A stretch of 63,696 nucleotides of DNA, filler included, from Globobulimina sp. (Eukaryota): NCBI GenBank assembly GCA_003354225.1. It is 41 parts of 41 records of this genome, joined end to end, with 100 filler letters (N's around TTAATTAATTAA, not from the genome) between each part and the next. Parts side by side here need not be neighbours in the genome. Positions count along the whole stretch, not along the records: positions 24,910 to 26,365 come from PIVH01016376.1; positions 26,466 to 27,921 come from PIVH01016377.1; positions 28,022 to 29,477 come from PIVH01016378.1; positions 29,578 to 31,033 come from PIVH01016379.1; positions 31,134 to 32,589 come from PIVH01016380.1; positions 32,690 to 34,145 come from PIVH01016381.1; positions 34,246 to 35,701 come from PIVH01016382.1; 34 more parts are not named here. The stretch is one strand, 5' to 3'. This document shows, in pieces, positions 24,810-35,801 of this stretch. Position numbers and translations under genes: made by a program. The notes under the pieces were generated by a model, which had not been told where the DNA came from, did not search any database, and saw only the letters and a program-made list of their open reading frames with translations. Numbering within the stretch: the first letter of the stretch is position 1; each line of letters begins with the position of its first letter.

Positions 24810-25250
24810 NNNNNNNNNNNNNNNNNNNNNNNNNNNNNNNNNNNNNNNNNNNNTTAATTAATTAANNNNNNNNNNNNNNNNNNNNNNNNNNNNNNNNNNN
24901 NNNNNNNNNTGTGTTTCTGTGTTTTTGTCCAATTTTGTTTTGTTTTTGTCGATTCTATATGTTGTTAAAACTGTTTTTTTTCCCTTCCATACCTATCGGA
25001 ATATCACACTATGGTAAACAATTAAGAATTTGATTTGATCCATGCTAAATGATGCCTAGATCAGTTTATTGATATCGATCGGTGTGTATAAAGGTAATCT
25101 GAATTTATATAAATTAACACACGTTTTAATTTTAAAACACTACGAAATTATACACAACACACGAAAGGAAAAAAATACAAACGACATATAACAATTGCAA
25201 TATGTATGTACGTACTAAAAATATACATCATTATTTATGGTAAAAATACG

Positions 25251-26150
25251 TCATTTAACAACATGAATATGGAATACTTGAAAATTAACAACTTTAAAAT
25301 GCGGAGCATGCATAACACCTAAAATGCTTCCTCTGTATGGTATATTATAATTACTTTTCTCTCCCCCACAACTATAACTTTTATCATTCACATTGCACTT
25401 TTCTGATAAAAGCAGCGATACTGGCTGGCCAAAATAAAAAATTGCATCTACCTCTTCATCCTCCCCATCCTCTCCATCCTCATCGGTTTGTTCTGTTTGT
25501 AATGGTGGAGGTGGTTGAAACAATGCAAATTGCGCATGATGCTCAAGTCTAAATATAGTCGGACCGTATTTGTGCGCACTTAATCGAAATAAAAACGCAC
25601 GTTTATCCTCAATATGTCCACTATTTATAACCCATGCTTTTGTAGTAAATGCGCCAAATAAAATTCTATTTGGCTCCGAGCAAACATTTGCATTACAATC
25701 GCTGTCTGATGACACATAGTCATTTTCTGAATTGCCAACCTCTGCGTTTGCATCGCTTTCAATTATTACCAACGTATTTTCATAATTTGCGCATTTTTCA
25801 TAAAATGCTTTATGCGTAAAACCATCTCTTTTTGCATCAAAAATTAAGTTTGTTGATCTAAATGCAATATTTCTATTATATAATGCAGATGATATTAATT
25901 TTTGTAATTTTAATTTATCGCAAAAAGATAACATATTCGATTCATTAAACATATGTAAATCGCCATACATATTGCACATTATACAAAATATTTTAGTGTG
26001 CGCTATTTCTTTTTCTCCACCAACAGCAACATCAGTCTGATTATGTAGAAATCCACTTATTAATAATTCTGTTTGTTGACGAAATTTTGCATTGTTCGCT
26101 GTCAAGCATTGATTATATCGCTTGATGTAGGATCTGGTATACATGTTCAC
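25251..26150 (-). CDS. TLDc domain protein
   Basis: LIFDAKRDGF..AFYEKC...TLVIIES..LFGAFT..W...D.RAFLFRL..FG..L..FKVVNFQVF. Confidence 0.85.
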   Translation of the reverse strand: MNMYTRSYIKRYNQCLTANNAKFRQQTELLISGFLHNQTDVAVGGEKEIAHTKIFCIMCNMYGDLHMFNESNMLSFCDKLKLQKLISSALYNRNIAFRSTNLIFDAKRDGFTHKAFYEKCANYENTLVIIESDANAEVGNSENDYVSSDSDCNANVCSEPNRILFGAFTTKAWVINSGHIEDKRAFLFRLSAHKYGPTIFRLEHHAQFALFQPPPPLQTEQTDEDGEDGEDEEVDAIFYFGQPVSLLLSEKCNVNDKSYSCGGEKSNYNIPYRGSILGVMHAPHFKVVNFQVFHIHVVK

Positions 26151-26636
26151 CGAGACAATATTTTACACAATGATTGGGATAATTACAAAGGGTGGCATGT
26201 AACACATGATTTCAAACTGAGGGTTCGAAAAGTTTTTTTTTTTTGGTCAATATCTTTTTTATCACTTATTTAACTCAACTCAAAAAAACCATTACAAGAT
26301 CATGCATCTTCAAAAAATAGAATTACCTAAACGGCGAACATGGGACAAAGAAAAATTCGCTAAACNNNNNNNNNNNNNNNNNNNNNNNNNNNNNNNNNNN
26401 NNNNNNNNNTTAATTAATTAANNNNNNNNNNNNNNNNNNNNNNNNNNNNNNNNNNNNNNNNNNNNAAAGCGTTGATAACTTTTGTGTTTGGTTTGCAAAT
26501 CCAGAACAAATTTATAATTGAATGGAATTATGCAAAAGGGTTAAAACGTTAAGTTACGTACTTCAAACATAAAAAAACATGAACGTGGTTGAAGAAATCC
26601 GGAAATTAGTGTAGTTTTTTGTTTATAATTCAAATA

Positions 26637-27446
26637 CTAATCCTTTATGACAGCAGTGTCATTATTTTGTGTGCTCCAAAATGTATAATTGTCTTTCATT
26701 AGTTGTAAAGTATCAGCAAGCGATTTATTAACATCAAGTCCTGAATCAACACTATCCTTTGCTGCATCAAATGCATTTTTACAAATGTTGATTGCTTTAT
26801 TATTCTCTTTGAATGTCTTCTGTAGAAATACAGAATAATTATTGACACATTTAAGATAAACTATATCTGTCTCATAATTTGCAAAATGTTCCTTTGCAAT
26901 GGCAATGGATTCAACATATACTGTCTTTGCAAAATCTTTATAATCGCAATCAACATTATTATTATTATTATTACAATGGTTGTAATCTTCCAATAAATAT
27001 CGATAACAGTCACCACATAATCTATAATATATACATTCATGTCGATAACTGTTATTTTTATGAGCGGTTGGAATTAATTTATCAATCAACATAGCAATAA
27101 TTATATTTGATTCTTGATGTAATTCTTTGATAAGTTTGGTTTTGAATGAATTCTTATAATAATTCTGTTTTTCATCATTGTTAATACATTTATAAAATTC
27201 GTCAATTGACACTTGGTTATCTGGACAACATGATATAGAATCTCTAATTGAACGAATATATTCTTTGATATTTACAGCAAATATATTCAATTCATTTTCC
27301 GTTAAACATAGGGATTGCTCATATCGCCTATTTGCTAATTCAAGCAATAATATCCATGAATCCTTTTGTCTTTCTGTATTGATTGATAATTCAATTAAAT
27401 AATTCAAACAAGTAATATCCAAATTTTTATACAAGCTATGATTCAT
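26637..27446 (-). CDS. Divergent 14-3-3 family protein
   Basis: ELA.RRYEQ, LTENELNIFAV, YYRLCGDCYRYL, NNYSVF, AINICKNAFDAA, LQLMKDNYTFW. Confidence 0.88.
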   Translation of the reverse strand: MNHSLYKNLDITCLNYLIELSINTERQKDSWILLLELANRRYEQSLCLTENELNIFAVNIKEYIRSIRDSISCCPDNQVSIDEFYKCINNDEKQNYYKNSFKTKLIKELHQESNIIIAMLIDKLIPTAHKNNSYRHECIYYRLCGDCYRYLLEDYNHCNNNNNNVDCDYKDFAKTVYVESIAIAKEHFANYETDIVYLKCVNNYSVFLQKTFKENNKAINICKNAFDAAKDSVDSGLDVNKSLADTLQLMKDNYTFWSTQNNDTAVIKD

Positions 27447-28021
27447 TACAATTATTACACTGCACTAAAAAAAAACTTTTAAGTAATATTGAACAATTAT
27501 CATCAAAATCAAACGTTCCTCTTTGATGTACATTCTTTCCCAAAGCTCAATCGAAAGTATTGAACTAAAATTAAACCTAATCGAAAAACAAAGATCGAAA
27601 AAAAGACACACGACAACATTTCAATTTGTTTTATATATTTTAATGTCCGGTTTATAATTAGTTACAATGTAAATTTTGTAAATAAAATAATAGAGTTCTC
27701 CAACAATACATGCATATCAGAAACAAACTGGCTCCACAAATCATTGCAAAATTCCTTTTGCACCAGGACTTGAATGACTTTTTATGCCTATTTCTGTACA
27801 ATCCGCCGTAAATTATCCAACCAATGACAAACAAGGCAAATAATGTAGTGATTGGCTGACACGCTAGAAAAAAATTAATAAACCGAGACCAATTATTATG
27901 CCACGAGTTGCCTTCGACATGNNNNNNNNNNNNNNNNNNNNNNNNNNNNNNNNNNNNNNNNNNNNTTAATTAATTAANNNNNNNNNNNNNNNNNNNNNNN
28001 NNNNNNNNNNNNNNNNNNNNN

Positions 28022-29477
28022 GGCTATACTTTGTATCGACAGAACGTGTTTGAGCAATTCAAGGAAACTGCGCGTGGAGCCGTGTTAAATTGCATTCAGC
28101 GCGAACGTGACGGCGAGGAGCAAGACCGCGACTTGTTGCGTGATTCCATCTTAGTTTACGTCGAATTGGGCAACAAATTAAAGAAAGTCGAGTTGCAAAT
28201 CTACAAAGAGGACTTCCATAAGGCGCTCGTGGCGGAAACCAAGCAATATTATAAGCAAAAGTCGCGTTTCTGGTTAGATCAGCAATCGTGCCCAGAATAT
28301 TTAATCCAGGCTGAGAAATGCGTGCAGGACGAAGAGGGCCGCTTGGCGTCGTATATTGATAAGTATTCCAATGACGGCTTGATGACTGCGACCAGGGACG
28401 AATTGTTGAAGCATCATCAGGACGAATTATTGGGCAAATCGACTGGCATTAATTCAATGTTGGAACGGACGGTGGGCGCCGATGCGGATGCGGCCAGGGA
28501 AGGTATGTTCGGTTTTTTTGGTGCGGAATTGCGCGCAAAATCGCATGTTGAAATGAACAGATTTGGCGAGATTGTATCGGTTATATTCGTGTGTGCCTGG
28601 CGGGAATAGCAAGATTGCGGAGTCTGTCAAGATTCATATCTGTTCGTTGGGGAATAATTTTATTCAGAAATCCAAGGAGGCCAAAGGTACCTAATTCTAA
28701 TTTATTGTGTGTTTCTAATACATAATAATTAATGATTACAGGTGGGGACAAATCGGACCATGAATTGATTCGTAGTTTGATTGATTTGCATGATAGATTT
28801 CTGAAGATTGTTAAGCATCAATTCCAATCCGAACAAGTGTTCCATAAGGCGCTGAAAGAGGCGTTTGAAGAGTTTATAAATAAGGAATATTATACGAGCG
28901 CATTGTTGGCGCGCTTCGCCAATGATATCTTGAAGAAAGGCACCAAAATCGCCATCTCGGACTTGGAGAACACAATGGATCACGTTGTCATGTTGTACGG
29001 CTATATCCGCGATAAGGACATATTTGAGCGCGATTACCAGCAATATTTGGCCAGCCGCTTGTTGCAGGATTTGAGCGAGAGCGAGCAATCGGAGCGGTCC
29101 ATGATCGGTAAGTTGAAGACGGAGAGCGGCTATCATTGGACGAGCAAATTGGAGGATATGTTCAAAGACATCCAGCGGTCCAAGGAGTTGATGGTGGATT
29201 TCCGGAAGAAGGGCTTCAGTGAGTCGTATTCGTGCGAGTTGAATGTGTCTGTTTGCACCACCGGGGCCTGGCCCACCTCCTCCATCCAGCCCGTCAAGAA
29301 GCCGCCAGACATCGTGCGCGTATCGGAGCGCTTCACGCAATTTTACTTGAACAGGTTCAGTGGCCGCCGCTTGAATTTCCAAATGGACAAAGGCAAAGCC
29401 GACGTGTCTGTGCAGTTCAATGCGCGGTGCAAGAAGATATTGGTCGTGTCCACCTATCAGATGTTGGTATTGTTGCT
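28022..29477 (+). CDS. CUL1: Cullin (CUL1-like), internal fragment, 3 exons
   Basis: IQRERDGE, FHKALKEAFEEFIN, YIRDKDIFERDYQQYLASRLL, TSKLEDMFKDI, VCTTGAWP. Introns 28503-28560 and 28687-28741. Confidence 0.95.
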
Positions 29478-29667
29478 NNNNNNNNNNNNNNNNNNNNNNN
29501 NNNNNNNNNNNNNNNNNNNNNTTAATTAATTAANNNNNNNNNNNNNNNNNNNNNNNNNNNNNNNNNNNNNNNNNNNNACTTTTAATTAAGTTTAAAAGAA
29601 AATAATAGTGTAAAATATATAAAATAAATGTGTAAAATATATTGTAAATAATAAAAATTGAACTAAT

Positions 29668-30993
29668 TCATCGGCCGTGACCATAAACATTGCCACTGCC
29701 TCGACTATCACATTTATTTGAAATATGTCTATCGACAATAAAACAAAATCTGCACATATGATGCCAGTCACATCGTTCATGACATCCACTGTAATAACAA
29801 CGTCCTTTCTCATGATAATTGCAAATATATTGTGTTAATTCAGGGCCGCCATACAAAACACCATTCTTTACATGATAACAGTTCATCTTTTGAGTATTAA
29901 CTTCTTTCTTCATGGCCTGTCCATAGTTGTTTTGTTGATTATTTTGATAATCTTCATTCGTTCTTTGTCTTTTAAATGGCCGTTGATAGCCATTGGTATC
30001 TTGTTGTTGTTGCTGTTGATTTGCAGGTTGATACATGTGATTATATTGAGATGGATTATAATCACCTTGACCTTGATCGTTGTTGTTGTTATTTTGATTT
30101 TGTGGATGTTTCTTGAAATTTCCACGGCCAAATCGTTTCTGATTTCCTCTCGAATTTCCTCGATAATTATTATTATGATAGCCGCCACGATAATTTTCTT
30201 GATAATTGTTGCCTTGATAGCCACCGCGATGACCACCATTGTAGCCACCATTGTAACCACCTCTTTGGCCACCATTTCGATAACGATAGCGACCACGGCC
30301 TCGACCACGACCTCCACCTCTTCTGTAATGGCGTCGTGGTATATACGTTGATGTGTTTTGTTGCGGAGTTTGGAGTGGTTGCGTTTCTGTGTTTGACTGC
30401 GAAATTTTTATACTCGCATTATATGAACGAGTCTCAATGCTGTTTTTGTGTTCATTTGAAATAATACTTAATTTCCATTCGTTTAATGTATTGCGGTCAC
30501 TTAAATTCGTGCCAGCAATCAATCCGCGCTCCAAAACCGCCTTTCTTCTCTTTAAAAGAAAATGATTGAATGCCTTCAAACCTTCGTTGCCAATTAAATT
30601 CGAACTCAATTCATTTTGAACAAATTTTGCGAGTTTCATCCACTGCAAACCCGCCGCTGTTAAATATGCGCTTTGTATTAATGTCTCTAATTTAACTCCT
30701 TTGTTACGATGAATGTCTGCTAATTCTGTGATTGTTGTTGATATCATCATAATTACTTTATACGTCGCGTTGTGATCTTGTTTGAATGTCTTAATCGCTG
30801 CATCAATATTGGTATGATTTTGCGACCAATTTATGTCTCCCGTTAATGCAAAATAACGCAAAATATCATTCAACGGAGCACCTCCAGATGTACATAAGCG
30901 ATAATATCCAATTTGAGCTGAAGTTCTTTTCTTTTTTGATATGTTACCGTTAATTTCATTGTTTAGTTCACTTTGATCTTTCTGAAATTCCAT
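29668..30993 (-). CDS. RGG/QN-rich protein with terminal CCCH + CCHC-type zinc fingers (RNA-binding or DIRS/Ngaro gag-like)
   Basis: RGGGRGRGRG and GGYNGG repeats, Q/N tracts, C-terminal CNYHEKGRCYYSGCHERCDWHHMCRFCFIVDRHISNKC. Confidence 0.65.
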   Translation of the reverse strand: MEFQKDQSELNNEINGNISKKKRTSAQIGYYRLCTSGGAPLNDILRYFALTGDINWSQNHTNIDAAIKTFKQDHNATYKVIMMISTTITELADIHRNKGVKLETLIQSAYLTAAGLQWMKLAKFVQNELSSNLIGNEGLKAFNHFLLKRRKAVLERGLIAGTNLSDRNTLNEWKLSIISNEHKNSIETRSYNASIKISQSNTETQPLQTPQQNTSTYIPRRHYRRGGGRGRGRGRYRYRNGGQRGGYNGGYNGGHRGGYQGNNYQENYRGGYHNNNYRGNSRGNQKRFGRGNFKKHPQNQNNNNNDQGQGDYNPSQYNHMYQPANQQQQQQDTNGYQRPFKRQRTNEDYQNNQQNNYGQAMKKEVNTQKMNCYHVKNGVLYGGPELTQYICNYHEKGRCYYSGCHERCDWHHMCRFCFIVDRHISNKCDSRGSGNVYGHGR

Positions 30994-31133
30994 AAATTGA
31001 TAATAATCTAAAATAGGGGAATTTATTCAGGGANNNNNNNNNNNNNNNNNNNNNNNNNNNNNNNNNNNNNNNNNNNNTTAATTAATTAANNNNNNNNNNN
31101 NNNNNNNNNNNNNNNNNNNNNNNNNNNNNNNNN

Positions 31134-32589
31134 GTGCGTAAACTGAAACCCGTCCCACAAATGTTCATCTCAGACGCCCCATACTATTTGGACAAAAACC
31201 TCGTGATTATTGGCCAAGTCTGTGATGCCGAGAAGCGCATTGATATGATTCTATATCAATTAGAGTCCATTTCTTGTCTCTTCAACAGCACTTCATTCAT
31301 ATTATTTGAGTCCAACTCTGAGGATAAGACCTTATTACATTTACAACGGTGGTCGCTCCGCAAGCCATTGGATTGCAGCAACCTCGCATTCAAACCAGAG
31401 CTGAAAAAGAAATACCACGAAATCAGAACGTTGCGGCAACTAATTTCAGTGTACAAACCGGATAAATACGAAAGAGATTATATCTATGACTACGACCACG
31501 TGGATGAGATAATTGCGCAATATTTGGAGCTGAATTATGCGCAAATCCGTGACATAAATGTGTACAAAATCAGCGAGTATCTCAGCGAGAAGTTGTTGGA
31601 AGACGCACTGTCACAGATCGAGATTGAAGAGATATTGTACGAGAAGTTGCAGGCTATAAAATACGCGAAATACCATACACAGATCGAGCAGCATCAAAAT
31701 AATATGTACAAACATGTGCTATCCGGCGACGAGTTGGTGATGGATAAGCTGTTGATTGAGGAGGAAATATTGCGGCAGTTGCGAGTCTATGGCAGTTTGA
31801 ATGAGTTACATAACGGCTACAATGTCATGGACGTACAGCCAGCTCTGAGCGCAGAAGACGATGATTACAGTGATGAGATACTAAGTGACTCAAACGGAGA
31901 GATCTCGGCTATTTTCATGGACGGCAGGTTGGATATCAATGAGTTGGACATGGAATATAACTTTATATCCGGTGTTCGCAGAGAAGAATTGAAACGACAT
32001 TCACACAGCGACTTTGTGGAGGAATTCGGGACCATTCATGACGAAATTGAGGGTTTGATACAATACGACGAGGCCATTATACATGAAAAGTTACGAGAAC
32101 GCAAACGCAAATATGAGGAGCGGCGACGGCGCGAACGGGCCAAGCGCGAGGAAGAGATTTTGAAATCGCAGAACTTGATCGATGCCATCAGCCCGAAAAT
32201 AGACATTGGCGCAGAAACAGAGGAAAAGGTCGATGTCGATGGGAAAGAAGAAAGTGTCGAGGAGCAGAAAGAAGCAGTGGCAGAGGCACAGAATATTAAG
32301 TTTCGAGATAAGTTGTTTCGAATTGAACGGTTTGTGATTTATAGAAACATGCTGTTACAGAAAACGCGCGAACTGAGCGCTGAGATGAATATTTTGTTCG
32401 ACTATGTCATGATTATTGATATGGACATTTACAGCATCGATGTGAGGACGTTTATGAATGAGTTGTATTTCATGCCTTTGCCGGTGAATGGTCTGTGCAT
32501 TGATGGTCTGGATTGGATGGGCTATACACGGGACACCTTTGCGACTGTCAAGGTTGATGGGAATTGGCTGCATTACGGACATGACGCGT
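31134..32589 (+). CDS. GT-A fold glycosyltransferase (CAP59/GT69-like) with a large insertion
   Basis: NLVIIG, FILFESNSEDKT, RIERFVIYRN, FDYVMIIDMD (DxD), YTRDTFA. Confidence 0.7.
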
Positions 32590-32718
32590 NNNNNNNNNNN
32601 NNNNNNNNNNNNNNNNNNNNNNNNNNNNNNNNNTTAATTAATTAANNNNNNNNNNNNNNNNNNNNNNNNNNNNNNNNNNNNNNNNNNNNATACATAAAAT
32701 GAAAGATAATAATGTCCC

Positions 32719-32916
32719 AACTTTTATGCGATCAAAAAAAATAATTAAAAATTCATAATTAATGCTAAATGAGCTAATCGAATATGCAAATTTCGATTTT
32801 TCGAATAATTGTCGACTGACATTGAAACCTACTGAATCGATAGCTTATAAAGTTACGAACTTTATGCGAGCAAAATAAAAATTTAAAAATTCATAATTGA
32901 TGCTAATTATGCTAAT
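32719..32916. repeat. Imperfect ~60-bp direct repeat x2
   Basis: AACTT(T)TATGCGA..AAAATTCATAATT.ATGCTAA...GCTAAT at ~32719-32778 and ~32858-32916. Confidence 0.75.
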
Positions 32917-33000
32917 ATTGTTTAAAACTTTGTTGCTCCATGATAATTTATATTATGATTTTCTTGATGGCTAAAGCAACGGTAAAACAAGGTTTTTATT

Positions 33001-33038
33001 ACAACGTTTCGGCTGACATACAGCAGCCTTCGTCAGGT
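33001..33038 (-). ncRNA. Minimal type I hammerhead ribozyme
   Basis: CUGACGA-A-[GGCUG CUGUAUGU CAGCC]-GAAAC-GUU on the element's sense strand. Confidence 0.8.
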
Positions 33039-33159
33039 CTAAAACAAATAGCAATATTTAGAATCATAATAACAATAAATGTAACATTAAAAAGGGACAG
33101 AAAATACTACATAAAGGTAAGAGGAAATGGCATAAAATAACAAGGGCGATACATAATAA

Positions 33160-34143
33160 TCATATCACAACTGATCGACAGGCACTATGCGAGGGGTTAA
33201 CCGTTCGGTTCATCGTTTTCTGGGTCGTCGCTATTAGTAAATGTTCTTTTGTCAACAGATAATTAGGATTGTTATCTCGCTGAATAATGGACAGTCCGTT
33301 CCAATCAATAGAATGACCGCCTTCTCTTGAGTATAAGTGGCCAGCCAATGCTGATTTATCAATTTCGCGGTTATTTACTGCCCTCTGGTGTTCTTTTATT
33401 CTAGTTGAAAGCCATCTTTCTGTTTTTCCAATATATGTAGCTTTGCAGTCATTACAGGGAATACTGTAAACCACATTCTTTTGATCTAATTTTCCATATA
33501 CTGGGCTGTTTTTTGAAAGCAATTGTCCAAGAGTGGTATGTTTGCGGAAAAATACTTTCACATTAAAGTTGCGCAACAATCCAGCTAACTTGTTTGAAAG
33601 GGGTCCAACAAATGGAAGGGTTATCATAGGTTTTTGATGGTCATCAGGCGGCTGTTTGGCTCTAATCGGGTCCAATCGTTTCTCAATAAAATCTTTTGGA
33701 TATCCACATTCAATAAAACACTTTTGTAAAAATTGCTTCTCTACAATCAGTGATGCATAGTCTGAACAAATCTGATGACCTCGTCGAGCCAGACAATCAA
33801 TAATTCCAGATTTATGGACCATTGGTTGAGCAGATTGAAAGTGTAAAATTCGGTTGCTGTTTGTTGGTTTTCTGTATACTTCAAATTGTAGGGTATTTTC
33901 TTTGTGTGTAATTTTGCAATCCAGAAAGGGCAATTGACCATTAACTTCAAATTCAGATGTGAGTTTAATACGTTTCATGATGTCTGCATTGTTCATTTCT
34001 TCAAGGAAATGTTCAAGATCTTCATGTGTGTTTGCTATTACAATAATGTCATCTACATAACGTCGATATGTTGTTATCAGCTGTTTCGTTTCATTTAGGC
34101 ATTTCATTTCTAGATATTCCATAAAGATATTAGCCAATAAAGG
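33160..34143 (-). CDS. Penelope-like reverse transcriptase + GIY-YIG endonuclease (5' truncated)
   Basis: PLLANIFM, YRRYVDDI, LPFLD, VYRKPT; NVVYSIPCNDC..YIGKT.R.L..RIKEH..SALAGH. Confidence 0.95.
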   Translation of the reverse strand, partial: PLLANIFMEYLEMKCLNETKQLITTYRRYVDDIIVIANTHEDLEHFLEEMNNADIMKRIKLTSEFEVNGQLPFLDCKITHKENTLQFEVYRKPTNSNRILHFQSAQPMVHKSGIIDCLARRGHQICSDYASLIVEKQFLQKCFIECGYPKDFIEKRLDPIRAKQPPDDHQKPMITLPFVGPLSNKLAGLLRNFNVKVFFRKHTTLGQLLSKNSPVYGKLDQKNVVYSIPCNDCKATYIGKTERWLSTRIKEHQRAVNNREIDKSALAGHLYSREGGHSIDWNGLSIIQRDNNPNYLLTKEHLLIATTQKTMNRTVNPSHSACRSVVI

Positions 34144-34384
34144 TGNNNNNNNNNNNNNNNNNNNNNNNNNNNNNNNNNNNNNNNNNNNNTTAATTAATTA
34201 ANNNNNNNNNNNNNNNNNNNNNNNNNNNNNNNNNNNNNNNNNNNNAAAATTTCCAAGTGGAAGTGATGCAGTTACGATGCAGCTGCACAATAAATGAATA
34301 ATCAACAGTTTAATATCCCGATTAATCGCAACTTTAATCATTTAATTTAATATCCGACACAAATAAACAACTAAAACAAGCGGA

Positions 34385-35372
34385 ATGTCTCGGTTCCTGA
34401 AAATTGCAAAACTGACTAATAAACAGTATGGATATACAAACAAAGTGTATGTTAATCCCAAAGAATTAGAAGCTTTGGGGGTTGTTGACAATGACATTGT
34501 TGTAATCAATGATAAAATTTGTTACCAAATTACGATTGATTCATCGTTACCCATTGGATGTATTGGAACAAATGGATTGGTTTGGAATGCATTGAATTTA
34601 CAAAAAGGATCAATAATTGGGACTGCAGTATCTGTTGCAAATTGGAAATCATCCATCAATCAAACAATAGCGAATATCATTGGAACATTAAAAATGAATT
34701 TAAAAACCTACTCGAAGCCAAATAAAATAACATTGGATCGAAAAGATATTACCACTCATATTATTCAATTATTTCAAAATCAAATGTTTTCACCAAAACA
34801 GGAATTTATATTCAAATATAAATATTGGTGGTTCAAAATTGACATATTAGAGATGTCACGCTTTCGTAACAAAAAAGAAATTAAAAATAATGATGACAAC
34901 ATTGATAATAACTTACCGCCTTCATATGAAACAATCGAAGGCCAAATCAATGACGAAAATGTGAGTACAAACAAAAATTTATTAAAATTTGGATCAATTG
35001 AGATTGATGAAACTTCGTTGGATATCATATTGGATCAGACTTCAAGTATGAAATGGAAAAATTACGATAATGCACCAACATGGAATGATGATATTTATGA
35101 TATTGATGTTACGATGGATGATATGAAAAGTAATGATGATCGAACTGAAATAAAGACCGCAAGATTTACAGTGAATGGCAAAGCGCAAAAATATATATTA
35201 TGTTAAGTATTTATTTTAATTTATTTATCATCATATCAAAAATGAACATAATTATATAGTGCCATATGACGATGCAGTCAAAGTTTTAAAAGAAATTGGA
35301 TATGTCAAACAGCAGAATTCGGGCGAAATTGTGTTGACAAAAGCATGGTTTTATCAAGCAAGAAAAAAGTGA
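34385..35372 (+). CDS. NSF/Cdc48 N-domain-like protein lacking an AAA ATPase
   Basis: LKIAKL....YTNKVYVNP resembles the NSF N-terminus; IIQLFQNQMFSPKQ resembles the CDC48_2 subdomain. Intron 35202-35259 leads to a stop at 35372. Confidence 0.6.
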
Positions 35373-35482
35373 CCACCAATTCACCATCTTCTGTGTGAGG
35401 ATAATTCAAAAGTACCTTGATAATTTATAATGTTTTGTCAAAAAAAAAAAACTTAGTTAAACTCTAGTGCAGCATCGTCAAT

Positions 35483-35701
35483 ATGTTCGTTTTGCTTACA
35501 GTAGCCATTACATTGTGTGTAATTGTAAAAAGCAAAGATTTGACATATCCCGCTATACAAATTCCGACCATTAGCATATCATCGTATGTATCAGCAATTG
35601 ATTCAAATGATACAGATAGTCAATCCCATATCGCATCATTATTTGATGACGCATTCCGCCAATTTGGAGTGGCTCGAATCGTTGACCATAAAATTAATGC
35701 G
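35483..35701 (+). CDS. 2OG-Fe(II) oxygenase (DIOX_N) with signal peptide, 5' fragment
   Basis: Hydrophobic leader then IPTISIS..FDDAFRQFGVARIVDHKI, matching IPxIDxs..AxxxxGFFxixnHGI. Confidence 0.6.
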
Positions 35702-35801
35702 NNNNNNNNNNNNNNNNNNNNNNNNNNNNNNNNNNNNNNNNNNNNTTAATTAATTAANNNNNNNNNNNNNNNNNNNNNNNNNNNNNNNNNNNNNNNNNNN
35801 N

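Larger units (their letters stand above)
32995..34145 (-). mobile_element. Penelope-like retroelement, 3' part
   Basis: RT followed by a GIY-YIG ORF, then a hammerhead motif and AATAAA. Confidence 0.92.

Noticed and set aside
28729-29382. 217-aa antisense ORF over cullin
   Set aside because: Shadow ORF caused by GC-rich codon usage of the cullin exon; no motifs
29872-30351. Hydrophobic I/V/T-rich ORFs overlapping the RGG protein
   Set aside because: Alternative-frame readings of low-complexity repeats
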